56,875 nt of DNA from Solirubrobacterales bacterium (GTDB taxonomy: Bacteria; Actinomycetota; Thermoleophilia; Solirubrobacterales; 70-9): assembly GCA_036265555.1 (NCBI GenBank), contig DATAOX010000036.1:1-56875 (forward strand), read 5' to 3'. The position numbers were made by a program, and so were the translations under genes. Positions 25,259 to 34,263 of this stretch are shown here, piece by piece (within the stretch, counting starts at the first letter, position 1; each line of letters starts with the position of its first letter). The notes beneath the pieces are model-generated. The model searched no databases. It saw only the letters and a program-made list of their open reading frames with translations, and had not been told where the DNA came from.

Positions 25259-27184
25259 CTATCGCTCCGACGCCTCGCGCTGTACCCGGGCGGCGAAGTT
25301 CTCGACGGACTCCGCCCCGAGGTCGCCCTCGACGTGTGAGCGCACCGACACCGCGTCGTCCGCCTGCTCCCGGTCCCCGACCACGAGCATGTACGGGAGC
25401 TTCGCCACCTCCGCGTCGTGGATCTTCTTGCCGACCGACTCGGACCGATCGTCGACGCGGCAGCGGACCCCCCCTTCCCTGAGCCGCTCCGCGACGTGGG
25501 TGGCGTAGCCGCTGTGGCGGTCGGCCACCGGAAGGACCGCGGCCTGCACGGGAGCCAGCCAGGTGGGAAAGCGCCCGGCGTGGTGCTCGATCAGGATCCC
25601 GGCGAATCGCTCCATGGCTCCCAGCAACGCCCGGTGGATCATCACCGGCCGGTGGTCGGCGTTGTCGTCCCCCTGGTAGGTCAGGTCGAAGCGCTCCGGC
25701 ATCTGAAAGTCGAGCTGGCAGGTCCCGCACTGCCACGAGCGTCCGAGGGCGTCGGTGATGTGGAAGTCGATCTTCGGCCCGTAGAACGTGCCCTCCCCTG
25801 GGCTCACCTCGTAGTCGCGGCCCTGACGCTCGAGCGCCTCGCGGAGCGCCGCCTCGGCCTGCTGCCACTGCTCGTCGGTTCCGATCGACTTGTCCGGGCG
25901 GGTCGAAAGCTCCACCCGGTAATCGTCGAACCCGAACCGCTCATAAAGCTGGTCGATCGACGAGCAGATCGCGTCGACCTCGTCAGCGACCTGGTCGAGC
26001 GTGCAATAGACGTGCCCGTCGTCCTGGGTGAAGGCTCGCACCCGGAGGAGTCCGTGGAGCACGCCCTCACGCTCGTTTCGCGTGACCAACCCGAACTCGG
26101 CCAGCCGGAGCGGGAGCTCACGATAGGAGTGGCGCTCGGAGGCATAGACGAGGCAGGCGCCGGGGCAGTTCATCGGCTTCAGCGCGAACCGCCGGTTCTC
26201 AACCTCGGTGAAAAACATGTTCTCGGCGTAGTTGTCCCAATGGCCGGAGCGATGCCACAGCTCCTCGTCGAGTACGTGCGGCGTCTTGATCTCCTCGTAG
26301 CCTCCGGCCGCGAGCTGTCTTCGGACCTCGCGCTCGATCAACCGCAGGAGCACCGTCCCCTGCGGAAGCCAGAACGGCATTCCCGGCGCGTCGGGAAGCA
26401 GCGTGAACAGCCCGAGCTGGGGCCCCAGCCGGCGGTGATCGCGGGCGCGCGCCTGCTCGAGGCGCTCGAGATGCTCGGCCAGCTCGCGCTGCGAGAAGAA
26501 TGCTGTCCCATAGATGCGCGTCAGCATCTGGCGGTTCTCGTCGCCACGCCAATAGGCCCCGGCGACCGAATTGAGCTTGAGGGCCTTGATGCGGCCGGTG
26601 CTCGGCCCGTGCGGTCCGCGGCAGAGATCCAGGAACGGGCCGTTGCGGTAGAGCGACACGGTCTCGGTGCCCTCGTCGCGCACGAGGTCCTCGATCAGCT
26701 CGACCTTGTAGGGCTGGTCCTCATCGCGGAAGCGCTCGATCGCCTCGGCGGCGGAGATCTCCGAGCGCTCGAACGGCTCGTCGGCCTGGATGTGAGTGGC
26801 CATTTGCTGCTCGATTCGCTCGAGGTCGGACTCCGACGGCCGGAACCCGTCGGGGAATTCGAAGTCGTAGTAGAAGCCGCCCTCGATGGGCGGCCCGATC
26901 GAGACCTTCGTTCCCGGCCACAGGTCCAGCACGGCGGTCGCCAGCACGTGAGCGGCGTCGTGCCGCAATACCTCGAGCGCGTCCGGGCGGCCCGGAGTGA
27001 CGATCTCGACCCGCTCCCCGTCGTCGAGCGGCCGTGCGAGGTCGCGGACCTCGCCGTTCACGCGTACGGCGAGCGCGTCCTTCGCCAGCCGCGGCCCGAT
27101 GGCAGCGGCCGCATCGGCGCCGGTCGCCCCCTCCTCGAGCTCCAGCGGCGAGCCGTCGGGGAGCCTGACGGTGATGGAGGCCAT
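25259..27184 (-). CDS. thrS: threonine--tRNA ligase
   Basis: 641 aa. N-terminal TGS domain, editing domain, class II core and anticodon-binding domain. ATG at 27184. Confidence 0.96.
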   Translation of the reverse strand: MASITVRLPDGSPLELEEGATGADAAAAIGPRLAKDALAVRVNGEVRDLARPLDDGERVEIVTPGRPDALEVLRHDAAHVLATAVLDLWPGTKVSIGPPIEGGFYYDFEFPDGFRPSESDLERIEQQMATHIQADEPFERSEISAAEAIERFRDEDQPYKVELIEDLVRDEGTETVSLYRNGPFLDLCRGPHGPSTGRIKALKLNSVAGAYWRGDENRQMLTRIYGTAFFSQRELAEHLERLEQARARDHRRLGPQLGLFTLLPDAPGMPFWLPQGTVLLRLIEREVRRQLAAGGYEEIKTPHVLDEELWHRSGHWDNYAENMFFTEVENRRFALKPMNCPGACLVYASERHSYRELPLRLAEFGLVTRNEREGVLHGLLRVRAFTQDDGHVYCTLDQVADEVDAICSSIDQLYERFGFDDYRVELSTRPDKSIGTDEQWQQAEAALREALERQGRDYEVSPGEGTFYGPKIDFHITDALGRSWQCGTCQLDFQMPERFDLTYQGDDNADHRPVMIHRALLGAMERFAGILIEHHAGRFPTWLAPVQAAVLPVADRHSGYATHVAERLREGGVRCRVDDRSESVGKKIHDAEVAKLPYMLVVGDREQADDAVSVRSHVEGDLGAESVENFAARVQREASER

Positions 27185-27193
27185 ACGCGGGCC

Positions 27194-27221
27194 ATGCTAC
27201 CCGCGCGATACGGGCCCTCAA
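27194..27221 (-). promoter_or_regulatory. putative thrS promoter giving a leaderless or near-leaderless mRNA
   Basis: Minus strand reads TTGAGG-N16-TAGCAT-N9-ATG, with no SD. Confidence 0.4.
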
Positions 27222-27234
27222 GGACGCCCAAACT

Positions 27235-27284
27235 CGCATTGACGGGGTTAAGGGTGCTATAGCCCACCTAACCCCGTCAATGCG
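27235..27284. promoter_or_regulatory. 50-bp palindrome (16-bp perfect arms, 18-nt centre containing GCTATAGC)
   Basis: CGCATTGACGGGGTTA ... TAACCCCGTCAATGCG. Lies between the membrane-protein stop (27293) and the thrS promoter. Confidence 0.6.
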
Positions 27285-27292
27285 CGCAAGAT

Positions 27293-29161
27293 CTAGTCGC
27301 CCGCGGGGTTGGCGCGCGCGCCCACGGCGATCAGCGGGCACGGGCCGGGGCCCTTTGGCGCGGGATGGCGCACCCAGAGCGTGTACGGGCCGGAGCGCTG
27401 CTCGAGCCGAAAGCCCGCGTAAGGCGCCCGCTGCTGGTCGCCGGCGACGACGTGAGCGATCCCGGCAGGTGGGTGTCCCCCCTGGGTGCCTTCCGCCTGG
27501 ACGCAGACGCGCCCGCCGCGAAGCTCCCAAACCACGTAGTCGCGCCCGTGCTCGTCGGCGAGCAGGTTCTGAGAGACGAGCGCAAGCGTCGAACCCTGTC
27601 GCAGCTGCGGCCGCAGCTCGGTGAGAGCCGGCGAGTAGGTGGCCGGACCAACCGGGCCGTTCACCAGCGCGAGCACGCTGCAGGCAGCCGCCGCCCCGCA
27701 GAACGCGACCGCCAGCAGCGCGCCGACAGGTGACTGCCACCGCAGGAGGGCCCCGCTCGGTCCGGTCCTGGTGCGGCCCACCGCACCCCGGACCGTCCCG
27801 AGCTCGACGATCGGCTGCGGGGAGAGCAGGGCTCTGGCCGCGATCAGCGCCGCGAGCGGCGCCATCATCACCGTGGCCTTCGCGGCCTGGTAGGGCGTTC
27901 CGGCGACATGCGCATAGGCGTAGAGGGCGACGGCGGCCGCGAGCGCCGAGGGGACGGCCCACTCGCGTCGCCTGATCCACCAGGCGAGCCCGTACGCCAG
28001 TGCCGCCAGCCCCAGCAGCTCCCCCAGGTAGTAGCCGATCGCCGGCATCGCTCCGTCGCCCGGGTCGAGCCGGAAATCGCCGGAGGGCCAGATACCGAGC
28101 GCCTCGAGGGGGGAGATCGGGTTGAAGAGGTTCCCGAGCCCGGCACCTGACGGGTCGAACGTCTCGAAGCTCGCGAAGTCGACCATGCGCCCGATCTCCG
28201 GCGCCGCCGCTGCCGCCAGGAGCGCGAGCGCGACCGCTGCGCCCGGCGCGGCGGCCCTGGCCATCGCCGCGGCGGCCGCCGCGCCGCGACGCCTGCGCAC
28301 GGTCACGAGCTCGACGAGCGCCCAGATCCCGGCTACACCCGCAAGCCATAGGAGGCCGGGAAAGCTGTACGCGTAGACGCTCCCGATGGCGAGGACGGCG
28401 AGGGGTGCCGCAACCAGGCACCGGCGCGCGCCGGGCGCGATGAGCGCCCCCCGCGCGAGCTGATGAAGGGAGATCGCGAATGCCAGAACGAACAGGGCCT
28501 CCATCGTCTCCTTGAACGCGCCCTGGATGAGGTAGGAGGCGACCAGGTACGGCAGCCCGACGAGGGCCGCGGCGAGCGTCCGCCGCCACCACGCGAGCGG
28601 GCCGAGCAGCTCGAGGGGTGTGAGGACCGCGCTCACGGCGATCGCCAGCGCCAGCCCATCGAACGCCTCAACGAGGCTTGCACCGGTCGCCTTCGAGGCG
28701 GACGCCACGAGAGCGTGCGGCCCAAGCGGATATCCCTGCGCGATCAGCCTCGAGCCCTCGCCGTGCGTGAGCCGGTCCGCAGCGAACAGGTGCTGAGACA
28801 TGTCCGGATTGAGGCCGGTGCCGAGAATCCCGAAGCGGCCCTCGACGATGAACGGCAGCGATGCAAGCACCAGCGCCGCAATCAGAGCTGGGGCTCCGCC
28901 CGCGAGCACTTTCCCGGCGCCCACGACGCGTCCACGGGCGACGGCGAGCGCGATCAGGGCGAGCAGGCCGATCGCGATCGCGGCGGCCGTGCCCTCGCCG
29001 GGGAGCCGCACGGTCGCCCACGCGACCGCCGTGGTCGCCGCCAGGCCGACCGCGGGAGCGAGCCAGGTCCAGCTCCGCCGTCCACAGGCGCAGAAGACCG
29101 CCTGGCCGATCAAGCCCGACGCAACGAGGATCGCCGCGAAGCTCGCATAGGTCCCGAGCAT
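27293..29161 (-). CDS. large polytopic membrane protein (possible GT-C-type glycosyltransferase; function unassigned)
   Basis: 622 aa. At least 10 hydrophobic segments in the first ~450 aa and a soluble C-terminal ~150 aa. No diagnostic motif recognised. Confidence 0.7.
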   Translation of the reverse strand: MLGTYASFAAILVASGLIGQAVFCACGRRSWTWLAPAVGLAATTAVAWATVRLPGEGTAAAIAIGLLALIALAVARGRVVGAGKVLAGGAPALIAALVLASLPFIVEGRFGILGTGLNPDMSQHLFAADRLTHGEGSRLIAQGYPLGPHALVASASKATGASLVEAFDGLALAIAVSAVLTPLELLGPLAWWRRTLAAALVGLPYLVASYLIQGAFKETMEALFVLAFAISLHQLARGALIAPGARRCLVAAPLAVLAIGSVYAYSFPGLLWLAGVAGIWALVELVTVRRRRGAAAAAAMARAAAPGAAVALALLAAAAAPEIGRMVDFASFETFDPSGAGLGNLFNPISPLEALGIWPSGDFRLDPGDGAMPAIGYYLGELLGLAALAYGLAWWIRRREWAVPSALAAAVALYAYAHVAGTPYQAAKATVMMAPLAALIAARALLSPQPIVELGTVRGAVGRTRTGPSGALLRWQSPVGALLAVAFCGAAAACSVLALVNGPVGPATYSPALTELRPQLRQGSTLALVSQNLLADEHGRDYVVWELRGGRVCVQAEGTQGGHPPAGIAHVVAGDQQRAPYAGFRLEQRSGPYTLWVRHPAPKGPGPCPLIAVGARANPAGD

Positions 29162-29235
29162 TGGCCGGCGAGCATAAGACCGCGCCCCGACCGCCGGTTT
29201 CGCGCTACCTGACGCGGGTATTGCGCAGCACCGAC

Positions 29236-29264
29236 TTGGCAGTCCGGCCGGCCGCAGACATAAT
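29236..29264 (+). promoter_or_regulatory. near-consensus sigma-70-type promoter, leaderless start
   Basis: TTGGCA-N17-CATAAT, with the ATG at 29274 lying 9 nt after the -10 box and no SD. Confidence 0.55.
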
Positions 29265-29273
29265 GTCGTTCAG

Positions 29274-30134
29274 ATGACCCCCGGAGCGGACCCTGCAACA
29301 ACGACGGGGACGGAGTCGGAGTTCCGGCTGGCACTCCCGAGCCGACCCGAGAACGTCGCGGTCGTGCGCCAGGCGCTGGGCGGTGCGATCGAGGTCCTCG
29401 GGTTGAGCGAGTCGCGACTTCTGGACATCAACACAGCGGTCAGCGAGGCCTGCAACAACGTCGTTGTTCACGCGTACGAAGGGGACGAGGGCCCGCTCGA
29501 GGTCAACCTGTGCGTTCAGGATGCCGAGCTCGAGGTGATCGTCCGCGATCAGGGGGTGGGCATCCGCCCGCGCGCGCCGGAGCCGGGCCTTGAGGTCCAG
29601 GGCCTGGGCCTGTCGCTGATCCAGACCCTGAGCGACCGCGTCGAGTTCATGGGCGGAATGAGTGAGGGAACCGAGGTCAGGATGGCGTTCTCGCTCAACG
29701 GAGAGAGCGACGGTTGGATTCGGGCCGATTCACCGGCCGACGGCGAGGTCCCCCAACCCCCGGGGGAGCTTGTGATCGGAGTCACCGCCGGGCCACTGGC
29801 GGCGCCGGTCCTGGGCCGCGTGATCGCGATGTTGGCGGCGCGCGCGGACTTCTCGCTCGAGGGCGTCTCCGAGGCCCAGCTCGTGACGGATTCGCTCGCG
29901 GCCAACGTCCCCCGGGTCCTGGTGGGCAGCAAGATCCAGCTCGGGATCGATGCGCCCCCCGATGAGCTGGTCGTTCGGGTGGGACCGCTTCAGGAGGGCG
30001 GCGCGCACAAGATCATGGACGCCTCGGCGCTGGCCGAGCTCCCGCCTGTGCTGGAGCAGCTGACCAAGGACCATCGCGTCGAAGGCTTGCCGGACGGCGA
30101 GCTCCTCTGCCTCACCCTCGTGAACCCCCACTAG
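29274..30134 (+). CDS. RsbW/SpoIIAB-type anti-sigma serine kinase (HATPase_c) fused to a degenerate second kinase-like domain
   Basis: N-terminal half has an N-box (AVSEACNNVVVHAY), G1 (RDQGVGI) and G2 (GLGLSLI). The C-terminal ~140 aa repeats the same secondary pattern (AQLVTDSLAANVPRVL...ELVVRVGPLQEGG) but lacks the G boxes. Confidence 0.8.
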   Translation: MTPGADPATTTGTESEFRLALPSRPENVAVVRQALGGAIEVLGLSESRLLDINTAVSEACNNVVVHAYEGDEGPLEVNLCVQDAELEVIVRDQGVGIRPRAPEPGLEVQGLGLSLIQTLSDRVEFMGGMSEGTEVRMAFSLNGESDGWIRADSPADGEVPQPPGELVIGVTAGPLAAPVLGRVIAMLAARADFSLEGVSEAQLVTDSLAANVPRVLVGSKIQLGIDAPPDELVVRVGPLQEGGAHKIMDASALAELPPVLEQLTKDHRVEGLPDGELLCLTLVNPH

Positions 30135-30143
30135 GGGTTCGCG

Positions 30144-30473
30144 TCACACGGTCTCGGGGTCGTCCACGATCTCCAGCCGCTGGTCGAGCTGGGTCACGCT
30201 GAACACGCGCTCCACCGCAGCGGGTCCGCGGATGATCACGAATCGGCGCCCTGCGGCCCGGGCGCGCTCGTCGGCGGCGATCACCGCTCGCAGCCCCGTC
30301 GAGTCGATGAAATCCACGCGCCGCAGGTCGACGACGAGGACGCCGGGGGTGTCCCGCTCGACCTCCGCAAGGCCCTCCTCGAATCGGGGCGCGCTCGCGA
30401 TGTCGAGCTCACCGACCAGCGCCATCCGGGTCTGGCCGTCGTGCTTCTCTGTGACGATCTCGAGGGGGGACAT
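30144..30473 (-). CDS. STAS-domain anti-sigma-factor antagonist
   Basis: MSPLEIVTEKHDGQTRMALVGELDIASAPRFEE...LVVDLRRVDFIDSTGLRAV. ATG at 30473. Confidence 0.85.
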   Translation of the reverse strand: MSPLEIVTEKHDGQTRMALVGELDIASAPRFEEGLAEVERDTPGVLVVDLRRVDFIDSTGLRAVIAADERARAAGRRFVIIRGPAAVERVFSVTQLDQRLEIVDDPETV

Positions 30474-30506
30474 CAGAACGACGGCGCACGATACACGCCG
30501 CACCGC

Positions 30507-30893
30507 TCAGTCTTCGGATAGAACCGCCTCGATCGCCGAGTCCAGCGACTCGAATACCGGGATCGTCCTGTCGATCGCCGTGAGCTCCAGAAGCTTCCTC
30601 ACCTCACCACCCGCGGATACCAGGGCGACGTTCGACTCGCCGTTCTGCGCCGGCTTCGCCCCATGCAGGAGCGTCGCCAAACCGGTCGAGTCGACGAACA
30701 TGCAGCGCGTCAAGTCGATGACGAGCGGCCGGTCCCGGTCCCGCGCGGCTTCGCTCAAAAGCTCGCGGACCCTGGGGCTCGTCGCGATATCGAGCTCGCC
30801 GGCGATCGTGATCACCAAAGCGCCCCGCACGACCTGCTCCGTCGCCTCGAACGTCTTTTCGTTCATCTCATCGTCAGTCATTCTTGACAGCAT
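30507..30893 (-). CDS. STAS-domain anti-sigma-factor antagonist
   Basis: LVITIAGELDIATSPRVRELL...LVIDLTRCMFVDSTGLATLL...GGEVRKLLELTAID. Start is ATG 30893 or 30881. Confidence 0.85.
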   Translation of the reverse strand: MLSRMTDDEMNEKTFEATEQVVRGALVITIAGELDIATSPRVRELLSEAARDRDRPLVIDLTRCMFVDSTGLATLLHGAKPAQNGESNVALVSAGGEVRKLLELTAIDRTIPVFESLDSAIEAVLSED

Positions 30894-31111
30894 CAGCCAG
30901 GGCGCGGCCTAGGCCACCGCCTTGGCTTGCGCGATCGACATCCGGATGGCGAATCCGCGCCTACCGCTGACCCACGCTGATCCTAACCACAAACGCATGC
31001 CCGGTGCGATTCGCGCCACTAGGCTCCAGGTCCCGCGTCGGTCCTTTGGGGGTCTCGTCTCAGGCGTGCTGCACTGAGCTCGTCGCCCATCGCACGACAT
31101 ACTGGGTGGCG

Positions 31112-31516
31112 ATGCCGGAGGAGAACCTCGAGATCGTCCGTCGGATCTACTGCCGGACGCTGAAGCTCGACCCCGACCTGCTGGCCGGGCTGGAGGAGTT
31201 TGCGACATCGGACACGGTCTTCGATTTCACGGACACCTATCCCGATGGCGACGTGGTGACAGGGTTGGAGGGGGTCGGTGGGATCGCTTCGAACTGGCCC
31301 TGGGAGGCCCTGCACTTCGATCCGGAGCGATTCCTCGAGGTCGACGGGCGGCGGGTGCTCGTGTTCGTGCGAGCGACCGCTACGGCCAGGGGAAGCGGGG
31401 TTGCGGTCGAGCGCCGCACCGCCCACGAGTGCACATTCAGCGACGGCTCCCTTGTGCGCTTCAAGGTGTACTCCGACCGAGAACGGGCCCTCGAAGCCGC
31501 CGGTCTGCGGGAGTAG
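31112..31516 (+). CDS. NTF2/SnoaL-like family protein (paralog 1)
   Basis: MPEENLEIVRRIY...FKVYSDRERALEAAGLRE. CATACT-N8-ATG leader. Confidence 0.8.
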   Translation: MPEENLEIVRRIYCRTLKLDPDLLAGLEEFATSDTVFDFTDTYPDGDVVTGLEGVGGIASNWPWEALHFDPERFLEVDGRRVLVFVRATATARGSGVAVERRTAHECTFSDGSLVRFKVYSDRERALEAAGLRE

Positions 31517-31586
31517 CGCTCGTCGCCTTGACCCGCCCTTGGCCTCGCTTTGAGGCTGCGGCCAGGCGCGAGATACTGCACAGTCG

Positions 31587-32066
31587 ATGTCGCAGGAGAG
31601 CGCGGGGCCGGTGCGCACCCAAAAGCCGCTCGAGCTGATTCTGGCGCGAAACCTGATCGCCAACATCTCGGCCCCTGCGTTCCTCGCCGACTACCGAGCG
31701 ACCCTGGTGTTCTACAACGAGGCTGCGGGGGCATTGCTGGGAATTCCGTTCGAGCACGCGGGCAACATGGACCGCGAGGAGTGGGCGGCGCGGTTTGGTC
31801 CCTTCGACGGTGCTGGGGAGCGGATTCCGTTCGAGGAAGTCCCGCTGACGATCGCGCTGAGAGAGGGCCGGCCCGTCCATGCACCGCTGTACATCCACAG
31901 CGCGAAGGGAAAGGTGCACCACATCGAGGTCACCGCGTTCCCGCTCGCCTCGAGCGTGGGAGTCACCGGCGCGATCGGAATCTTTTGGCCGACTGAGCAA
32001 GCACCGTCGGCCGGCGAGGGCCGAGCCGTAAAGGTGCCTCCCGAAGTCGCCGGGCTTTCGGAGTAG
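31587..32066 (+). CDS. stand-alone PAS domain protein
   Basis: MSQESAGPV...FLADYRATLVFYNEAAGALLGIPFEH...IPFEEVPLTIALREGRPVHAPLYIHSAKGKVHHIEVTAFPL...GAIGIFW. GATACT-N9-ATG leader. Confidence 0.75.
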   Translation: MSQESAGPVRTQKPLELILARNLIANISAPAFLADYRATLVFYNEAAGALLGIPFEHAGNMDREEWAARFGPFDGAGERIPFEEVPLTIALREGRPVHAPLYIHSAKGKVHHIEVTAFPLASSVGVTGAIGIFWPTEQAPSAGEGRAVKVPPEVAGLSE

Positions 32067-32239
32067 GCGACCGTTTCTAGATCGCGGACGCGTTCAGTCC
32101 GCCAACTAGCCCGACAGAATCTGCAGCTGGCGCACGTCGCTACTGGGCTCGAGGGAGGCCCGAAGGGCCGACCGGTGTGAGAGCCCGTCAACGGTCACAC
32201 CGAGAAGTGGGCGCTGTCGGTGCAGTTTCGCCGCGGCAC

Positions 32240-32773
32240 TCACGATTCGGCACTCCTGCTACCAGTCGCGCTACCAGTTCCGGCGTCGCTCCACTCGAAG
32301 GCACGTAGTAGCCGCCGCTTGGCCGCGTCGACCGACGGATGGCCGTAACGCTCCATGACCAGCGCACCGCCATCGGTATGCCCGAGCTGGATTGAGACCG
32401 CGAAGTGGTCCAGCCCAAGTTCGAGCAGCTGGGTGGCGCAGAAGTGGCGCAGGTCGTGCCACCGAGTCTCGATCCCGGCGCGGGCCTTCACCTTCTGCCA
32501 CGACCAGCCGTGGGTGCCCTTGGCAAGCGGCCGACCGCGCGGTGAATGAAAGATGAACAGGTCGGGGCGACGGGGCACCGAATCCAGCACCTGCGCCGGC
32601 GGCAGAATCGGAATCGTCCGCTCCATGCCGTTCTTGGGAAGCCCGAGCGTCCCGTCCAGCTTCCGGGACCGGCGGACGGTGACTTCCTGGTCTCCAACGT
32701 CGTCCCACTGCAACGCGAACAGCTCGCCTTGGCGGATGCCGGTCGCGGTCAGCCGCTTGGCATCGCCGCCGGC
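32240..32773 (-). pseudogene. tyrosine recombinase/integrase, catalytic domain only (N-terminal domain missing)
   Basis: The frame opens right after a TGA at 32774-32776: AGGDAKRLTATGIRQGELFALQWDDV...WHDLRHFCATQLL...LGHTDGGALVMERYGH (R, HxxR and Y catalytic residues). No start codon with an upstream core-binding domain. The ClC 3' end overlaps 32749-32773. Confidence 0.75.
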
Positions 32774-34119
32774 TCAGACCTTCCAGTGGCGCCGGTTCCA
32801 TCCGCCGGAGATCCCCCGGAGGACTCGGCACGGCCGCGGAGTGCCTGCACGGTCAGATATGCCACCACCACCCCCACGATGATCAGGGGTCCCGAGCCCA
32901 ACCCCGTATGCACCGTGAAGAGCGTGGCGAGCACGACCGCGGACAGGGGCAATCTCAGCACGGCGACGACCGCGGCGCCCAGGCCCACCGCGACCGCGGG
33001 CGTCAGCTCGAATCCGGGCAGCTGGGCTGCCATCAGGCCACCGGCCGCGCCGAGGAACATGGCCGGAAAGGTCGGGCCGCCGCGGAAGGTGCCGAGGGAG
33101 ACGCCGTAGGCGAGGCCCTTGAAGGCGATTAGCAGCGCGAGCGCCGACAGCGACCAAGCGCCGGGGTCCCCAACCAATGGGCCGATGGCGCTCTGACCTG
33201 AGAACAGCACCTGGTTTGCGCCGTGGTCGGTCGACTCAGTAAACGCGATCGCGAGCCCGGCTACGAGCAATCCGGCAGCGGGGAGGGAGACGAACGGTCG
33301 CGGCGTCGCGATGCGCTGGCCCTCTCGGGCGAAACGAAAGATGAGGAAGGTGACCACGGCGATCACGGCCGCGAACGGGATCGTCCAGAGGAAGTCGACG
33401 AGATCCGGTCGCGCAAAGGCCGGCAGGTTCAGCGGGCTGAGCGAGATGTCACTCGTGCTGAGTCCCGTCAGCGACCCCATCCCGATCGAGACCAGCGATC
33501 CGATCCCGGCGGCGAGGAGGCCCGGAATCAGGACCAGCGGCATGCGCGACCCTCCGAGCCCCGCCGCCTCGATCAGGATCACCGCCGCGATGAGCGGAGA
33601 GCCGAACAGGAACGACACCGCCGCGAAGGTGCCCGAACTGGCGATCAGCGTGCCCAGCTGCGGTGGCGCGTCTCGGCGGATCGACCTGACGGTGAGATAG
33701 CCGAGGCCGCCGCCCAGGGCGATCAGGGGTGCCTCCGGCCCGACCACGAGGCCGAGGCCGACCGAGGCGACGGCCGCGAGCATCACGCCGGGGAGGTCGA
33801 TGGGCTGTGTGGGCGAGGCGTTGAGGCCCTCGGCGGGGACATGCCCCCCGCTGCCGGGCAGTCGGGCGATCGCAAACGCCGCCACCAGACCGGCGAAGGC
33901 GAGCACCGGGAGGTACCACCACAAGGGGGGGCCCTGATCGAAGCCGAGATCCTTGGGGATGTCGGTGAACACCCACTGCTGCATGTAGAAGATGAGCTCC
34001 AGGAAGCACCACGCCGCCAGGGAGGCGATCACCCCCACAACGGCCGCGAGCACGAGCACGGCCACGAACGCTCTGCTGCGCAGGGTGGACTCGGGACTCT
34101 GGACGTTCTCCTGAGACAC
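32749..34119 (-). CDS. ClC family (voltage-gated chloride channel-type) anion channel/antiporter
   Basis: 456 aa, polytopic. GSGGHVPAEG, GPEAPLIALGGG (gating Glu) and GGPTFPAMFLG motifs. GTG start with a GATACT-N9 leader. N-terminus is MSQENV. Confidence 0.85.
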   Translation of the reverse strand: MSQENVQSPESTLRSRAFVAVLVLAAVVGVIASLAAWCFLELIFYMQQWVFTDIPKDLGFDQGPPLWWYLPVLAFAGLVAAFAIARLPGSGGHVPAEGLNASPTQPIDLPGVMLAAVASVGLGLVVGPEAPLIALGGGLGYLTVRSIRRDAPPQLGTLIASSGTFAAVSFLFGSPLIAAVILIEAAGLGGSRMPLVLIPGLLAAGIGSLVSIGMGSLTGLSTSDISLSPLNLPAFARPDLVDFLWTIPFAAVIAVVTFLIFRFAREGQRIATPRPFVSLPAAGLLVAGLAIAFTESTDHGANQVLFSGQSAIGPLVGDPGAWSLSALALLIAFKGLAYGVSLGTFRGGPTFPAMFLGAAGGLMAAQLPGFELTPAVAVGLGAAVVAVLRLPLSAVVLATLFTVHTGLGSGPLIIVGVVVAYLTVQALRGRAESSGGSPADGTGATGRSEPAAMPSG

Positions 34120-34263
34120 CGCCCGCTCAGTATCCTGCGTCGGCTTCTACTCCGTCAGTGGGTCCGGCACGGTGCGAGCGAGTGTGCGGCTGCCATCCGG
34201 TCGGTGTCGGAACGATCCACTCACCGCAGTTTGAGCGGTGCTCCGGGCGGAACGGTGGATCGC

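Noticed and set aside
27185-27292. T-box or E. coli-type operator leader for thrS
   Set aside because: The space between the upstream stop and the thrS ATG is only ~108 nt, and the best promoter places the transcript start 0-3 nt from the ATG. No specifier or T-box sequence is visible.
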